Part shown: positions 18,117 to 28,055 of the stretch, piece by piece
How the letters are laid out: each line of letters starts with the position of its first letter
Position numbering within the stretch: the first letter of the stretch is position 1
Virus record (IMG/VR): IMGVR_UViG_3300034096_001618
Coordinates: 1-64,000 of that record
Reading direction: 5' to 3' (one strand)
DNA: 64,000 bases
From: a virus
Notes under the pieces: generated by a model
Seen by the model: the letters and a program-made list of their open reading frames with translations, nothing else
The model's database searches: none
What the model was told of the DNA's origin: nothing
Made by a program: the position numbers and the translations under genes

Positions 18117-18650
18117 TCACTCCTTTTTTCTATTGATTAATCCTAAACTATCATGAAACTCTTTAATTTTTCTAACTAATATTTTTTTCTCATCATTGGT
18201 AATTTCACTGCTAAATTCTACCAACATTTTATCAATAAAATCTTCATATTTCAAGGCAAAATTTTTCCTTATTTTCAACAATTCATTGTAATACGCTTCT
18301 ACATCTTCTTTTTTGGTAAGATTCTCGTCTTTACTTTTATATTCTTGATTATTGAATTTATTTATTTCTTCTTGCCAAATAGATTGCAGTCTTAATGATT
18401 CATGACTTAATTGATTTGAAAAAGATAAAATAAATACTTTTTTTTCAATTTCTGTAAGCAAAGAAAAACTTTTAGATTCCTTTGTCTTCTTGTCATAAAT
18501 TATAATTTTCCCCCAATATTCTTTATCAAATAAAGATTCTGCGTGCTTCTTATGAAAAATAATTGATTTTTTATAAGTTTCATGAGACTTTGGTTTTTCT
18601 GGTTCATTAAAAAATGAAAAAATCAATAAAACACCAAATAAGAATTTCAT
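18117..18650 (-). CDS. hypothetical protein with N-terminal signal/anchor
   Basis: MKFLFGVLLIFSFF. Confidence 0.65.
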   Translation of the reverse strand: MKFLFGVLLIFSFFNEPEKPKSHETYKKSIIFHKKHAESLFDKEYWGKIIIYDKKTKESKSFSLLTEIEKKVFILSFSNQLSHESLRLQSIWQEEINKFNNQEYKSKDENLTKKEDVEAYYNELLKIRKNFALKYEDFIDKMLVEFSSEITNDEKKILVRKIKEFHDSLGLINRKKE

Positions 18651-18657
18651 GGCACCC

Positions 18658-19491
18658 TTATGGAGAAATGGCTTGGCCTCGCATTCTCACAGTAAAACCA
18701 TCAATCTCTATAGGAATGGAATTTTTAGGAACAATTCTTTTTATCCATACAGGAATAACATCTAATGCCCTAAAGGTTCCAAGAGAGTAGCTACTGTTAG
18801 AAAAAACAACATTGGCTGGAGGAGTGGTTTCAAAATCAATTAATTCTGCTTCACGGTTTATTGGTCCGCCATTAACACTTTTAATGAAAGAAATTAATGG
18901 TACTCCTCCAGTATATGTTAAATTATTTACATTTAAAGAAATTGTTTCATGATATCTACTGCTTGCATCGCCAACGAAGTTAATTTCAAAGGTTAATATG
19001 TCTGTTCCAGAGTCATATGTCGCAGAAACTGTGACATCTTCAAGATAAGTAATTGCTCTAATGGCAGTTTGAAAATTACTTGCAAAAGTTGCAACGGAAG
19101 AATTATAATTAAATGTAAAATTGTGAACACTTGTATCTTCGTATGCAAATGTTATTGACCCGCCAGTACAGGTATTGAAATTTGTAATATTTATATATTG
19201 CCTATCATTTTGCACTTGGTATCCAAGATAAGCATAAACATTACTTTCAATATTTGTAGTGGAAATATAAATAGATGTACTATAAAGATTTTCAGTTGAA
19301 CTATCATTTGATATATAAATGCATCTATAATCAGTCATTCCATTAATTGATTGTTCGCTGGTGACTGTGTCGAATAATTGATTGTTCAAAATTTGATGAA
19401 CAGATGGACTACCTCCTAATGATAAGTCAGGAATGAGATTAGCTGCTCCACCTGAGTATAGATATGTTATATCACCGTAGCCTATTGTCAT
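18658..19491 (-). CDS. putative tail/baseplate structural protein
   Basis: SLGG, LFD.V, YRCIYI.N and VWIKR.V motifs seen in phage structural proteins; TATATA upstream. Confidence 0.55.
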   Translation of the reverse strand: MTIGYGDITYLYSGGAANLIPDLSLGGSPSVHQILNNQLFDTVTSEQSINGMTDYRCIYISNDSSTENLYSTSIYISTTNIESNVYAYLGYQVQNDRQYINITNFNTCTGGSITFAYEDTSVHNFTFNYNSSVATFASNFQTAIRAITYLEDVTVSATYDSGTDILTFEINFVGDASSRYHETISLNVNNLTYTGGVPLISFIKSVNGGPINREAELIDFETTPPANVVFSNSSYSLGTFRALDVIPVWIKRIVPKNSIPIEIDGFTVRMRGQAISP

Positions 19492-19689
19492 CTATCCCTC
19501 ACTTTGAGTATTGTCTGTTTTTATATATGCTTTAATCCAGAAAACCCCGACTTTTTCAGGGTTATGATAAAGTGAAATCATATTAGCTCAGTTAGATTAG
19601 AGAAAAAAATATTTTTTAATCAAAAGTGGTTGTTTTGTTTTGAATATATGCTTAAAATTTCTTGCCACATAAAATGGAAATTATTTTAT

Positions 19690-20517
19690 ATGCAGGCCGA
19701 CAACAACAATTTGCCCAGAGTTGATTCGCAAAAATCCAAGCGAATCAATAAGAAGCGTGTTGTTTGGCAAGATGTGAGCAACAAAACAAAAATCCTTCAA
19801 GTTTATAATAAAGGATTGGAATATTGTTTACTTTCAAGTAATTACGAGCAATGTCATCAGTTTGTTTGGTGCAAAGATTTTTTGCATGATGTTGTCCAGT
19901 CTTCTCTTCATAATAAAAAGTTTGAAATTTATAAATTCAATTATGATCCAACGCATGATCCAAATCCGTGTATAAGGGAAATTAGAATTGCTGTTGCCAA
20001 TAGTTGTGATGCTAAACTTGGCAAAAAGATTTTATCTTGTGTTGATTTTATTAATCAAATTGAATTAAAATTGAATATTCCACTGACCAAAGTACGCATT
20101 TGTTTGAATCCATTAGAATGTTATAAAAAATCAGGGGTTTTTATATTTCAAGGCAATAAAAGGTGGATTAATTCACCACCGATGTTGTCTCTTTTCAGCT
20201 TGCTTATTAGAGTTGGTTTTTCACATTCAAAAGGACAAGAATATCAAAAAACTATTCGCTCTTTAAAAAATGGTTTTTTCAAACCATATCAAAAAAAAGA
20301 TGCTCGTTGGATTAATGAAATTGAACCAGCTTTACATAAAATAATCAGAATCGGTGATCGCAAAATATTTTATAAGGACATTAAACTTAATTATCCAGCT
20401 TCCATTAACATTGACGCAATGCATAATAGAATGGGAATCGTTGGTTTCGCCTGTGATCTTATAGCTAAGAATGCTGGTCAATCAGTAACGATGCCTTATT
20501 GGCACTTGATCAAGTAA
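19690..20517 (+). CDS. hypothetical protein associated with the amidoligase gene
   Basis: CKDFLHD and W..SPP.LSL..LLIRVG; directly upstream of the ligase; start uncertain. Confidence 0.65.
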   Translation: MQADNNNLPRVDSQKSKRINKKRVVWQDVSNKTKILQVYNKGLEYCLLSSNYEQCHQFVWCKDFLHDVVQSSLHNKKFEIYKFNYDPTHDPNPCIREIRIAVANSCDAKLGKKILSCVDFINQIELKLNIPLTKVRICLNPLECYKKSGVFIFQGNKRWINSPPMLSLFSLLIRVGFSHSKGQEYQKTIRSLKNGFFKPYQKKDARWINEIEPALHKIIRIGDRKIFYKDIKLNYPASINIDAMHNRMGIVGFACDLIAKNAGQSVTMPYWHLIK

Positions 20518-20535
20518 TTTTTCTATGGAGGCTCT

Positions 20536-21453
20536 ATGAATTTTACATTTGGCAGCGATCCTGAATTCATGATTTCTCGTTGGGACGAATTGCAAAGTGC
20601 TATTCCCTTGCTTCCTAAAAAAGAACAAGCACTTATTAGAAATGGCAGTAAATTTTATTACGACAATGTTCTTGCTGAAATTGCTGTTAAGCCAGCATCT
20701 TCAAAAGAAGATCTTCAGAAAAATATAGAAAACTCTTTGCAACAACTTTGTAAATTAATTAAGCCAGCAAGATTCATTATTCAAGCTTCTGCCAAATATC
20801 CATCTAAGCAACTAAATGATAAAGATGCTAAAATTGCTGGATGTAATCCAGAATGGAACGCTTATACTTTGCGTTGTGTATTGCCACCTGAAGAAATAAT
20901 TTCAAAAACCCCTTTCCGAACAGCAGGTGGACATATTCATATAGGTGCAGAAGGTCTCAACGACCCAATTAAAGCATTTGATGTCATTAGAATGATGGAT
21001 CTTTTTATAGGCATACCTTCTATATTCTTGGATACTGACGAAACATCAAAAGAACGAAGAAAAATATATGGTCATGCTGGAAGCCATCGGATGACTGATT
21101 ATGGTTTTGAATATCGTTCGTTGGGTAATTTTTGGTATGGATCTCCAGAATATGTTTCGTTAATCTATGATCTTACGAATTTCGTTCTTGAATTCGTCTC
21201 TGCCGACAACCACAAGAAGTTTTGGACAATCAATGAAAAGCTTCTACAAAGTAGTGATCCGAGCCGTGCTTACAATTGCATTGGATATGATGCTAAATCA
21301 CTTTGCAAGACGATTGATTCTTGCGACAAGAAACAAGCTTCCAAATTCATGATGTTCATTACAAATTATTTACCTAAAAACCTAGTAGAAAAGATTGAGC
21401 AACTATCTGACAAACCTTTGCCAGATCCATATGATGCTTGGAACCTTGCATGA
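20536..21453 (+). CDS. phiEco32-like COOH-NH2 ligase type 2
   Basis: GSDPEF, DNVLAE, GCNPE.NAY, RTAGGHIHIG, RR..YG.AG, YGFEYR.L.NFW. Confidence 0.9.
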   Translation: MNFTFGSDPEFMISRWDELQSAIPLLPKKEQALIRNGSKFYYDNVLAEIAVKPASSKEDLQKNIENSLQQLCKLIKPARFIIQASAKYPSKQLNDKDAKIAGCNPEWNAYTLRCVLPPEEIISKTPFRTAGGHIHIGAEGLNDPIKAFDVIRMMDLFIGIPSIFLDTDETSKERRKIYGHAGSHRMTDYGFEYRSLGNFWYGSPEYVSLIYDLTNFVLEFVSADNHKKFWTINEKLLQSSDPSRAYNCIGYDAKSLCKTIDSCDKKQASKFMMFITNYLPKNLVEKIEQLSDKPLPDPYDAWNLA

Positions 21454-22082
21454 TGTTTGACTATAATTGTATAATAAGTCATTCTAAATTGACTAAAGAT
21501 AAGCCAACACATGCAGTGATTTTATTAGCTGGCAGAGGATTTTCTAACAAATATATGTTTGACATTTTCAATAGTCTTCATGATATTTGTAATGTCATCA
21601 TATTTTCAATAGAACCAGAAAATGAATGGTATCCAATTCCAAACGGCTTTTCTGATCAAGAAAACGCCGTTGTTGGGTTGAAACAAAATATCCCAATTTT
21701 GCGTGAATATGTCAAAAATCTACTCGATGAAAATAAGATAGAATTAAATAATACTATTTTAGTGGGATTTTCAGCAGGTGCAGTTGTGGCGCTAGAATTA
21801 GCAACACGATTTCAAGATAATTATAATCTTGTTGTATGTCACAGCGGAGCGATTCTTTGTCCTGATAAATTAACAAAATGCACGATATCAACAAATATTT
21901 TATTGTTTCATAACGAAGATGATGTTTGCTTTAGTTGGAATGAAAGGTATTTACCAATGCGTGATGCGTTGATTGCCAATAAATACAATGTCATTACCGA
22001 AGAAAAATCATTAGGTGGACATTTGATGTGCAAAAATGAAATTGATCTTGTGGTTAAAATTATTCACCAAGTTGTCGCCTGA
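21450..22082 (+). CDS. alpha/beta hydrolase (phospholipase/carboxylesterase-like)
   Basis: GFSAG nucleophile elbow, D and GH triad motifs; ATGA overlap. Confidence 0.85.
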   Translation: MMFDYNCIISHSKLTKDKPTHAVILLAGRGFSNKYMFDIFNSLHDICNVIIFSIEPENEWYPIPNGFSDQENAVVGLKQNIPILREYVKNLLDENKIELNNTILVGFSAGAVVALELATRFQDNYNLVVCHSGAILCPDKLTKCTISTNILLFHNEDDVCFSWNERYLPMRDALIANKYNVITEEKSLGGHLMCKNEIDLVVKIIHQVVA

Positions 22083-22764
22083 TTCTGCGGCAATCTTCTC
22101 GTATGTCAATTTTTCTACAATTGCGACACATCCATAAAAAACCATGTTCACGAAACGCATTGACTTCTAAAATAAGTCTTGTTCTATTAATTGAATAACG
22201 ACAATTACACTTTTTGCATATTGTTTTTATAATCCCCTTTATTTTTTTAGGCTTAGGAACTTTACCTTTAACTTTATGAACTTTCCTAGAAAATTTGTTT
22301 TTAAAATAGAATGTTTTTAATTCTTCTGGCATTGGAGGGATTGGAAATTGACTGCCTTTAATCCATTGATATTTAGTTCCATCTAGATGCGTACTTGGCG
22401 GAACAACAGATTGATGCAAATTACCACGAAATTCAATTCCATCAAAAACGAATCTCGTTAATTCTGGATCAGGGCTTAGGAAAAGATTATGAATTGATTT
22501 TGCACTACGAAACATTGGTCTGGGAAATCCATCAATCATTCTTTCCAATAAATCATTGGCCTGTTCAGAATCTCCTTCAACATCAACAATCTCACCCAGA
22601 AGTATTCCCATGTTGTATTCTTCTGTTAAAAAACAAGACCTCCATCTTTCCACGCTCCAATCTTTATTCCAATTACTGGATATTGGACACTTACTGTTTA
22701 AGTGTACAGCTATGGGCTTGAAACCAATTTTTACATACCCATCGAAATATTGAATTAGTTTCAT
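22060..22764 (-). CDS. bifunctional DNA primase/polymerase (Prim-Pol) domain with C-terminal Zn ribbon
   Basis: K.P, NMGILLG, VDVE, H..F, EFRG, VVPPSTH..G..Y.W; CKKC/CRNC. Confidence 0.82.
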   Translation of the reverse strand: MKLIQYFDGYVKIGFKPIAVHLNSKCPISSNWNKDWSVERWRSCFLTEEYNMGILLGEIVDVEGDSEQANDLLERMIDGFPRPMFRSAKSIHNLFLSPDPELTRFVFDGIEFRGNLHQSVVPPSTHLDGTKYQWIKGSQFPIPPMPEELKTFYFKNKFSRKVHKVKGKVPKPKKIKGIIKTICKKCNCRYSINRTRLILEVNAFREHGFLWMCRNCRKIDIREDCRRIRRQLGE

Positions 22765-22904
22765 GTGTAAAGCTCTTGTAGTGCCTGAACCATGTCCTTA
22801 AAAGTCATACGTTCGACAGTTGTTTCATTCTTGCGTGCCCATTCTATTAACCTTATAAGCAGTTCTTGTCTGCTTTTTACTATACTGGAATTAAGAGGAA
22901 CCAA
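22761..22904 (-). CDS. small unannotated ORF (47 aa) or gene remnant
   Basis: TTG start; ...LLIRLIEWARKNETTVERMTFKDMVQALQELYT; TGA overlaps the Prim-Pol ATG. Confidence 0.4.
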   Translation of the reverse strand: MVPLNSSIVKSRQELLIRLIEWARKNETTVERMTFKDMVQALQELYT

Positions 22905-22906
22905 CA

Positions 22907-23812
22907 ATGAAGACTGTAGCATTAGTCACCGGAGGAACAGGTTTTATTGGATATCACTTATGTAAATGGCTATACGAAAACGATTATCATGTCATAGCAA
23001 CTGGAATTAATGGAGAAAATAAACCTTTATGTCATGATTTACATTTGTTGCCATTGAATCAACTGCCATTTGACAAAATGCCTAATGTTGATATATGTTT
23101 TCATCAAGCTGCAAACAATGATACAACTGAAAGCAACTATGAAAAAATGTATGAAACAAATGTCATACATTCATCTACACTATTTCGTAAACTTTCGCAA
23201 GAAAATAATTGTAAGAATTTTGTCTATGCTTCTAGCTGTTCAATCTATGGAGACAGACCAATTCCTTTCAATGAAATTGAAACTGAGCCAAAGCCATTAA
23301 ATCCATATGCAGTTTCAAAGTTAGAGTTTGAAAATTTCGCAAAAGATTTCGCAGCACTAAACGGAGTAAAAACAATTGGCCTGCGATACACAAATGTTTA
23401 TGGTCCTTTTGAAGTTCATAAAGGCAAAAGAGCCAGCATGATAAGTCAGTTATTATTTCAAATCGAACAAGGAGAAAATCCTATTCTTTTCAAGAATGGC
23501 GAACAAATGCGTGATTGGATTTATGTTGCAGATGTAGTAAGAGCAAATGTTCTTGCGAGTAAGGCCAATACACAAGGCATATACAATGTTGGCTACAGCA
23601 TACCATATTCATTTAATTCATTGGTCAGAATGATATGTGAAAAGTTAAACAAAAAAGTTGAAATTCAGTATGTTGATTGTCCATTCTTGGACAAATATCA
23701 GTCTCATACTTCCGTAGACATATCTAGGTCCAGAATAGATTTAGGATTTATGCCTAGATGGTCAATAAGAGAAGTATTGCCAGAAATGATTCAACAAAAA
23801 AACCGCTCCTAG
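22907..23812 (+). CDS. NAD-dependent epimerase/dehydratase (extended SDR, RfaD-like)
   Basis: TGGTGFIG, ASSC..YG, YAVSK, LRY.NVYGP, RDWIYV.D. Confidence 0.92.
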   Translation: MKTVALVTGGTGFIGYHLCKWLYENDYHVIATGINGENKPLCHDLHLLPLNQLPFDKMPNVDICFHQAANNDTTESNYEKMYETNVIHSSTLFRKLSQENNCKNFVYASSCSIYGDRPIPFNEIETEPKPLNPYAVSKLEFENFAKDFAALNGVKTIGLRYTNVYGPFEVHKGKRASMISQLLFQIEQGENPILFKNGEQMRDWIYVADVVRANVLASKANTQGIYNVGYSIPYSFNSLVRMICEKLNKKVEIQYVDCPFLDKYQSHTSVDISRSRIDLGFMPRWSIREVLPEMIQQKNRS

Positions 23813-23826
23813 TGGAACGGTTTTTT
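23796..23826. terminator. bidirectional terminator
   Basis: aaaaaaccg...cggtttttt between convergent genes. Confidence 0.7.
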
Positions 23827-23852
23827 AAAATTTTTCAAAAAATTACTTTTAT

Positions 23853-25217
23853 TTATGATTCACTTCTTAATGCCTGATAGAGATTATTGGTATCAATCGT
23901 CTTGAACAATGATTCACAACCAGTACTGTATTTTGAAGCTGGGTCTCCTTCTCCGATCATGCTGTTGACGCTCTTCCACCAAGACGATTCTTCCTTGGTG
24001 ACTTTTTCATTTTCGCCATGATGTTTCTTTTTAGATTTTAAATTTCTAAGTTTTTCAAAGTCGTGATGTGTAATCTTGCCATCTGGTTTGCTTTCTGGCC
24101 CCGATACATCTAACTTTTTCTGCCCACCTTTTAACATTTTCTTCATAGAACCCATAGAACTCTTAACAGCATCTTCGCCGTCTTCTTTACCACAGCCCAT
24201 TTTCTTTTTGCCATGTTTCATATACTTCATGCCTTCGTCGTCTTCTTTACCACAGCCCATTTTCTTTTTGCCATGTTTCATATACTTCATGCCTTCGTCG
24301 TCTTCTTTACCACAGCCCATTTTCTTTTTGCCATGTTTCATATACTTCATGTTTTTTTTGCTATGTTTGACAGATTCTGTTTTATTGTGACCCATTTCTT
24401 CATCATCATGTCTAGAATGCATATCACTCATGTCATCACTCATGTCATCACTCATGTCATCGCTCATGTCATCGCTCATGTCATCACCCATGTCTTCATC
24501 TTCATCTTCATGGCGACGATGGCGCATATCACCCATGTCTTCATCTTCATCTTCATGGCGACGATGGCGACGATGGCGCATATCACCCATGTCTTCGTCA
24601 TCATCTTCGTCATCATCTTCGTCATCATGGTGCATATCGCCCATTTCTTCGTCTTCGTCTTCGTCTTCGTCATCATCTTCGTCATCATGGTGCATATCAC
24701 CCATTTCATCGTCATCATGATCCATGTCGCTCATTTCATCGTCATCATGATCCATGTCATCATGATCCATGTCATCATGATCCATGTCATCATGATCCAT
24801 GTCGCTCATTTCATCGTCATCATGATCATCTCTAGGAAGATCTTCATCTTCAAAGAATCTGAAGGTATTTTCGTTTTTAAGTTCTTCGTTCTTACACATT
24901 TTGCATTTTGATTTTTTCTTTTTAGAACTTGTACTATGCATAGCGCCACATTCGGGGCAAACAGACATCTTTATTTTTTTGCCTTTGTGTTTTTTATGGC
25001 CAACTTTAATTGATGGCATGTCTTTTATTTCTGCTGGCTCAACAAGGCTTGCGTCACCATACATTTTCTTGACTTTTTTCTTCATTGACTTTCCAACTTT
25101 GGCTTCCTCGAAGCCAAATTGTGATTGTATGCCAAGATTAGAAGGTTTTCCAAAACCAAGGTTAAAACTTGGAAGCACCGATTCGTTGACCATCTTCCAC
25201 TGTTTGTATGACAGCAT
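23853..25217 (-). CDS. CTS-bearing, intrinsically disordered D/H/M-rich internal (core/scaffold-like) protein
   Basis: MLSYKQWKMVNES; DMDHD repeats; KKLD...DGKI...DFEKLR motif. Confidence 0.75.
   Translation of the reverse strand: MLSYKQWKMVNESVLPSFNLGFGKPSNLGIQSQFGFEEAKVGKSMKKKVKKMYGDASLVEPAEIKDMPSIKVGHKKHKGKKIKMSVCPECGAMHSTSSKKKKSKCKMCKNEELKNENTFRFFEDEDLPRDDHDDDEMSDMDHDDMDHDDMDHDDMDHDDDEMSDMDHDDDEMGDMHHDDEDDDEDEDEDEEMGDMHHDDEDDDEDDDEDMGDMRHRRHRRHEDEDEDMGDMRHRRHEDEDEDMGDDMSDDMSDDMSDDMSDDMSDMHSRHDDEEMGHNKTESVKHSKKNMKYMKHGKKKMGCGKEDDEGMKYMKHGKKKMGCGKEDDEGMKYMKHGKKKMGCGKEDGEDAVKSSMGSMKKMLKGGQKKLDVSGPESKPDGKITHHDFEKLRNLKSKKKHHGENEKVTKEESSWWKSVNSMIGEGDPASKYSTGCESLFKTIDTNNLYQALRSES
24181..24351 (-). 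repeat. 60-bp perfect coding tandem repeat (about 2.85 copies)
   Basis: Encodes MKYMKHGKKKMGCGKEDDEG. Confidence 0.95.
24420..24830 (-). repeat. nested low-complexity coding repeats (12-bp DDMS, 15-bp DDMDH units)
   Basis: ctcatgtcatca and catgatccatgtcat arrays. Confidence 0.9.
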
Positions 25218-25298
25218 GGCATTCCTCTTTCATTAAAATAGAACACGACTCATAAAACTATATATGTGGAGCATTTATATTTTCATTAAGGATTTACC

Positions 25299-26093
25299 AT
25301 GAGAAAACTGTTAATTTCGACAGTAATTCTTTTTGGATTTTTCATTATGTTCTTAATATTGAAAAATAATCATAATAATATACCAGAAATTGATGTTTTA
25401 AATCCAAATTTAATTGAAATTCCAGTTAGTAAAAACGAAATAGTAAATAGAATAAACAACAAAAATAAAAAAATTAATTCTATTTTAATTAAAAATATGC
25501 CAATAAAAGCAAAAAATGGTAGAATGACATTTAAACTTACTGGTGATTTGGCTCATAGTAAAGATAAATTTTTTCGTTTCATTGTTACCAGTAAAATTAC
25601 TGGCAAAGAAATGGATATCGGATCAAACAATGATATATTTTGGTTTTGGTCTAAAAGAATAAGTCCGCCAGCACTTTATTTTAGCAAACACGAAGACTTA
25701 TGGAAGACAAATTTAAAAACGCCATTAAATCCAGCTTGGATGATTGAGTCTCTTAACATTAATTTAATTGATCAAAATAATATTTCATCAATTTCAGAAG
25801 ATGGTGTTTACTTGTATTTACGAGAAAAAAGAAAAACAGCCGCAGGAGATGATTGTGTATTCATAACTGTTATTCATAAAAAATCTGAAACTGTATGGGC
25901 TAGAAAGCTTATTGATTTAAATGGCAATGGAATAGTTAGTACATTTTACAGTGGTGAAAATATAATTATTGACTGGAAAGATGAAAATGCCAGCATGGAA
26001 TGGGACACAACAAATAAAGAATTAAATGTCAATTTGTCTAATTCCATGTGGCAACTACCAAAATATAAAAACAAAATAAATATGGGTGAATAA
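25299..26093 (+). CDS. membrane-anchored periplasmic protein resembling a Planctomycete conserved family
   Basis: N-terminal TM; DIGSNNDIFWFWSKRISPPALYF motif (family recalled from memory, unverified). Confidence 0.6.
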   Translation: MRKLLISTVILFGFFIMFLILKNNHNNIPEIDVLNPNLIEIPVSKNEIVNRINNKNKKINSILIKNMPIKAKNGRMTFKLTGDLAHSKDKFFRFIVTSKITGKEMDIGSNNDIFWFWSKRISPPALYFSKHEDLWKTNLKTPLNPAWMIESLNINLIDQNNISSISEDGVYLYLREKRKTAAGDDCVFITVIHKKSETVWARKLIDLNGNGIVSTFYSGENIIIDWKDENASMEWDTTNKELNVNLSNSMWQLPKYKNKINMGE

Positions 26094-26094
26094 T

Positions 26095-26328
26095 TTATTT
26101 GTTTAGTGATTTTCTAATTGCGTCTCTTCTCAATGCTTGAGTTTTACGCTTTTCCGCATTGATTCCACCTGAATTTAAAGGTTGTACAGGTGTCATTGAT
26201 TGATTTCTAACTTCTGTTGGCGCTCTAGTTGCGGCAATTCCTCCAGTTGCTGACCTTGCAGAAGTTATCGGTCTAATAATTGGAGTTTTGCTTCTATTAG
26301 ATATACCTTTATTACAACCACATGCCAT
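26095..26328 (-). CDS. small basic CGC-motif protein
   Basis: MACGCNKG; SD ggagg. Confidence 0.7.
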   Translation of the reverse strand: MACGCNKGISNRSKTPIIRPITSARSATGGIAATRAPTEVRNQSMTPVQPLNSGGINAEKRKTQALRRDAIRKSLNK

Positions 26329-26344
26329 TTTACCTCCATATCAC

Positions 26345-26521
26345 TTACAACGGATGTTGAAAGCGTGTTTTTGATATTTTACTCTTTCTTTTATGAACGG
26401 ATTTAATCAATTCAGCCAATTCCATTTGACTATTGCTTAAAGACCGTTGTTTAAATACAATATCATTAGGTGATTTTGAGTCACCATTGCAACCACAGCC
26501 TTTTTTTTGTTCTGGTTCCAT
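26345..26521 (-). CDS. small CGC-motif protein (58 aa, below the ORF-track cutoff)
   Basis: MEPEQKKGCGCNGDSK...FQHPL; TAAATA 4 nt upstream of ATG. Confidence 0.6.
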   Translation of the reverse strand: MEPEQKKGCGCNGDSKSPNDIVFKQRSLSNSQMELAELIKSVHKRKSKISKTRFQHPL

Positions 26522-26549
26522 ACTCTATTTATACTGCTGGGTCATAATT

Positions 26550-28055
26550 ATGAACAAAGAAGAAGAAGTAAAACAGCTTATAAAGCAAGCCTATGAAAAG
26601 GCTTATGAAAAATTTCAAGAAAAAAAATATGAAATTGTTTGTGTTATAGCGGAGCAAATTTTAAAAGTAAGTCCCAATGAATGGCAGGCCATGCAAATTC
26701 TTGGTTTGTCTTATAGTGCGTTAAATCGTTTCGATGATTCTATCATCATATTGAAAAGATGTTTAGAATTAAATTCTGACAATGCAGAAACACTTAATGA
26801 TTTGGCTTTGGCTTATTCTGGTAAATATGATTATGATAATTCTATAAAATATTTAGAAAAAGCGATTGATGTGAAGCCAGACATGGCAGTTTTTCACAGC
26901 AACCTTGGTCTTCAATATCGGCACAAGAAAAATAATGACAAGGCAATAGAATCTTTTAAAAAATCTATTTCCTTGTCAGAAAAACCTGAAACATTGGCTA
27001 TGCTTGGCGGATGTTATGGTGAAAAAAAACAACTTGACGAAGCTGAGAAATATATTTTAAAAGCATTAGAGTTAAATCCTAACTTTGCTGCTGCTCATGT
27101 TGATTTGTCCTCTATTCTTAAATTGCAAGGAAAATGGAAAGAAGGCTTCTCTGAATATGAATGGCGATCTGATGTTTATGATCAATTGCAAATATGGAAA
27201 AAGATATACAATCCTGCTAAAAAATGGCGTGGAGAAGACATTAGCGGCAAAAGAATTGTCATCCATACTGAACAAGGGCATGGTGATGCAATTCAATTTA
27301 TTAGGTATTTAAAACCATTAAAAAATAAAGGCGCATATATCATATTGCATTGCGCTGAATCTCTCAAATCAATATTTTTTAATCTTGCTGATGAATTTTA
27401 TACAACTGAACCAAATACTGTTGCAAATTGGGATGTAGGAAACAACATACCAGAACATGACTATCATTGTTCTGTTATGAGTTTACCTAATATATTACAG
27501 TCAATTTTTACATATTATTCATATATTAAAGTTGATCGAAATTTTGATTTAAGCAATTATAAAAACAATAAAAAAATTGGAATTGTTTGGGCAGGTAATC
27601 CACAACATCCCAATGACAGAGAAAGATCTTGTAGATTAGAATTATTTAGAAAAATATCTAAAATAGACGGCGTTAAGCTTTTTAGTTTAATGAAAGACAC
27701 TCGACCCAGAGCGTATAAAGACAATGGTATATCTGTTGATTTAACAATAGGATCAGAAGATATAAAAGTTGTTGATCTTTGCGAATACATCAATGACTTC
27801 GAGGACACTGCCTCTATAATAAATTCTTTAGACTTAATAATTAGCGTTGATTCATCCGTAATTCATTTGGCAGGGGCCATGGGGAAACCTTGTTTTGGTT
27901 TGATTTCATGGAATCCTGATTGGAGATGGGAAGTAGAAGGCGATTGCACAGTTTGGTATCCAAGCGTTTCATTGGTTAGGCAAAAAGAACGTGGAAATTG
28001 GGATTCTGTTTTTGAAGAAGTTGAAATTTTAGTTGAAAAGTTTTTCAATGAATGA
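26550..28055 (+). CDS. TPR-repeat glycosyltransferase (GT9-like C-terminus)
   Basis: TPRs; EYEWR, EQGHGDAIQF, IGIVWAG, DFEDTA, VDSSVIHLAGAMG, DWRW, WYPS. Confidence 0.9.
   Translation: MNKEEEVKQLIKQAYEKAYEKFQEKKYEIVCVIAEQILKVSPNEWQAMQILGLSYSALNRFDDSIIILKRCLELNSDNAETLNDLALAYSGKYDYDNSIKYLEKAIDVKPDMAVFHSNLGLQYRHKKNNDKAIESFKKSISLSEKPETLAMLGGCYGEKKQLDEAEKYILKALELNPNFAAAHVDLSSILKLQGKWKEGFSEYEWRSDVYDQLQIWKKIYNPAKKWRGEDISGKRIVIHTEQGHGDAIQFIRYLKPLKNKGAYIILHCAESLKSIFFNLADEFYTTEPNTVANWDVGNNIPEHDYHCSVMSLPNILQSIFTYYSYIKVDRNFDLSNYKNNKKIGIVWAGNPQHPNDRERSCRLELFRKISKIDGVKLFSLMKDTRPRAYKDNGISVDLTIGSEDIKVVDLCEYINDFEDTASIINSLDLIISVDSSVIHLAGAMGKPCFGLISWNPDWRWEVEGDCTVWYPSVSLVRQKERGNWDSVFEEVEILVEKFFNE

Noticed and set aside
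24181-24351. 60-bp repeats as a CRISPR array
   Set aside because: Contiguous units with no unique spacers, in frame within a CDS
24076-25236. Long plus-strand ORFs (HVI/SSS-rich)
   Set aside because: Antisense shadows of the low-complexity minus-strand gene
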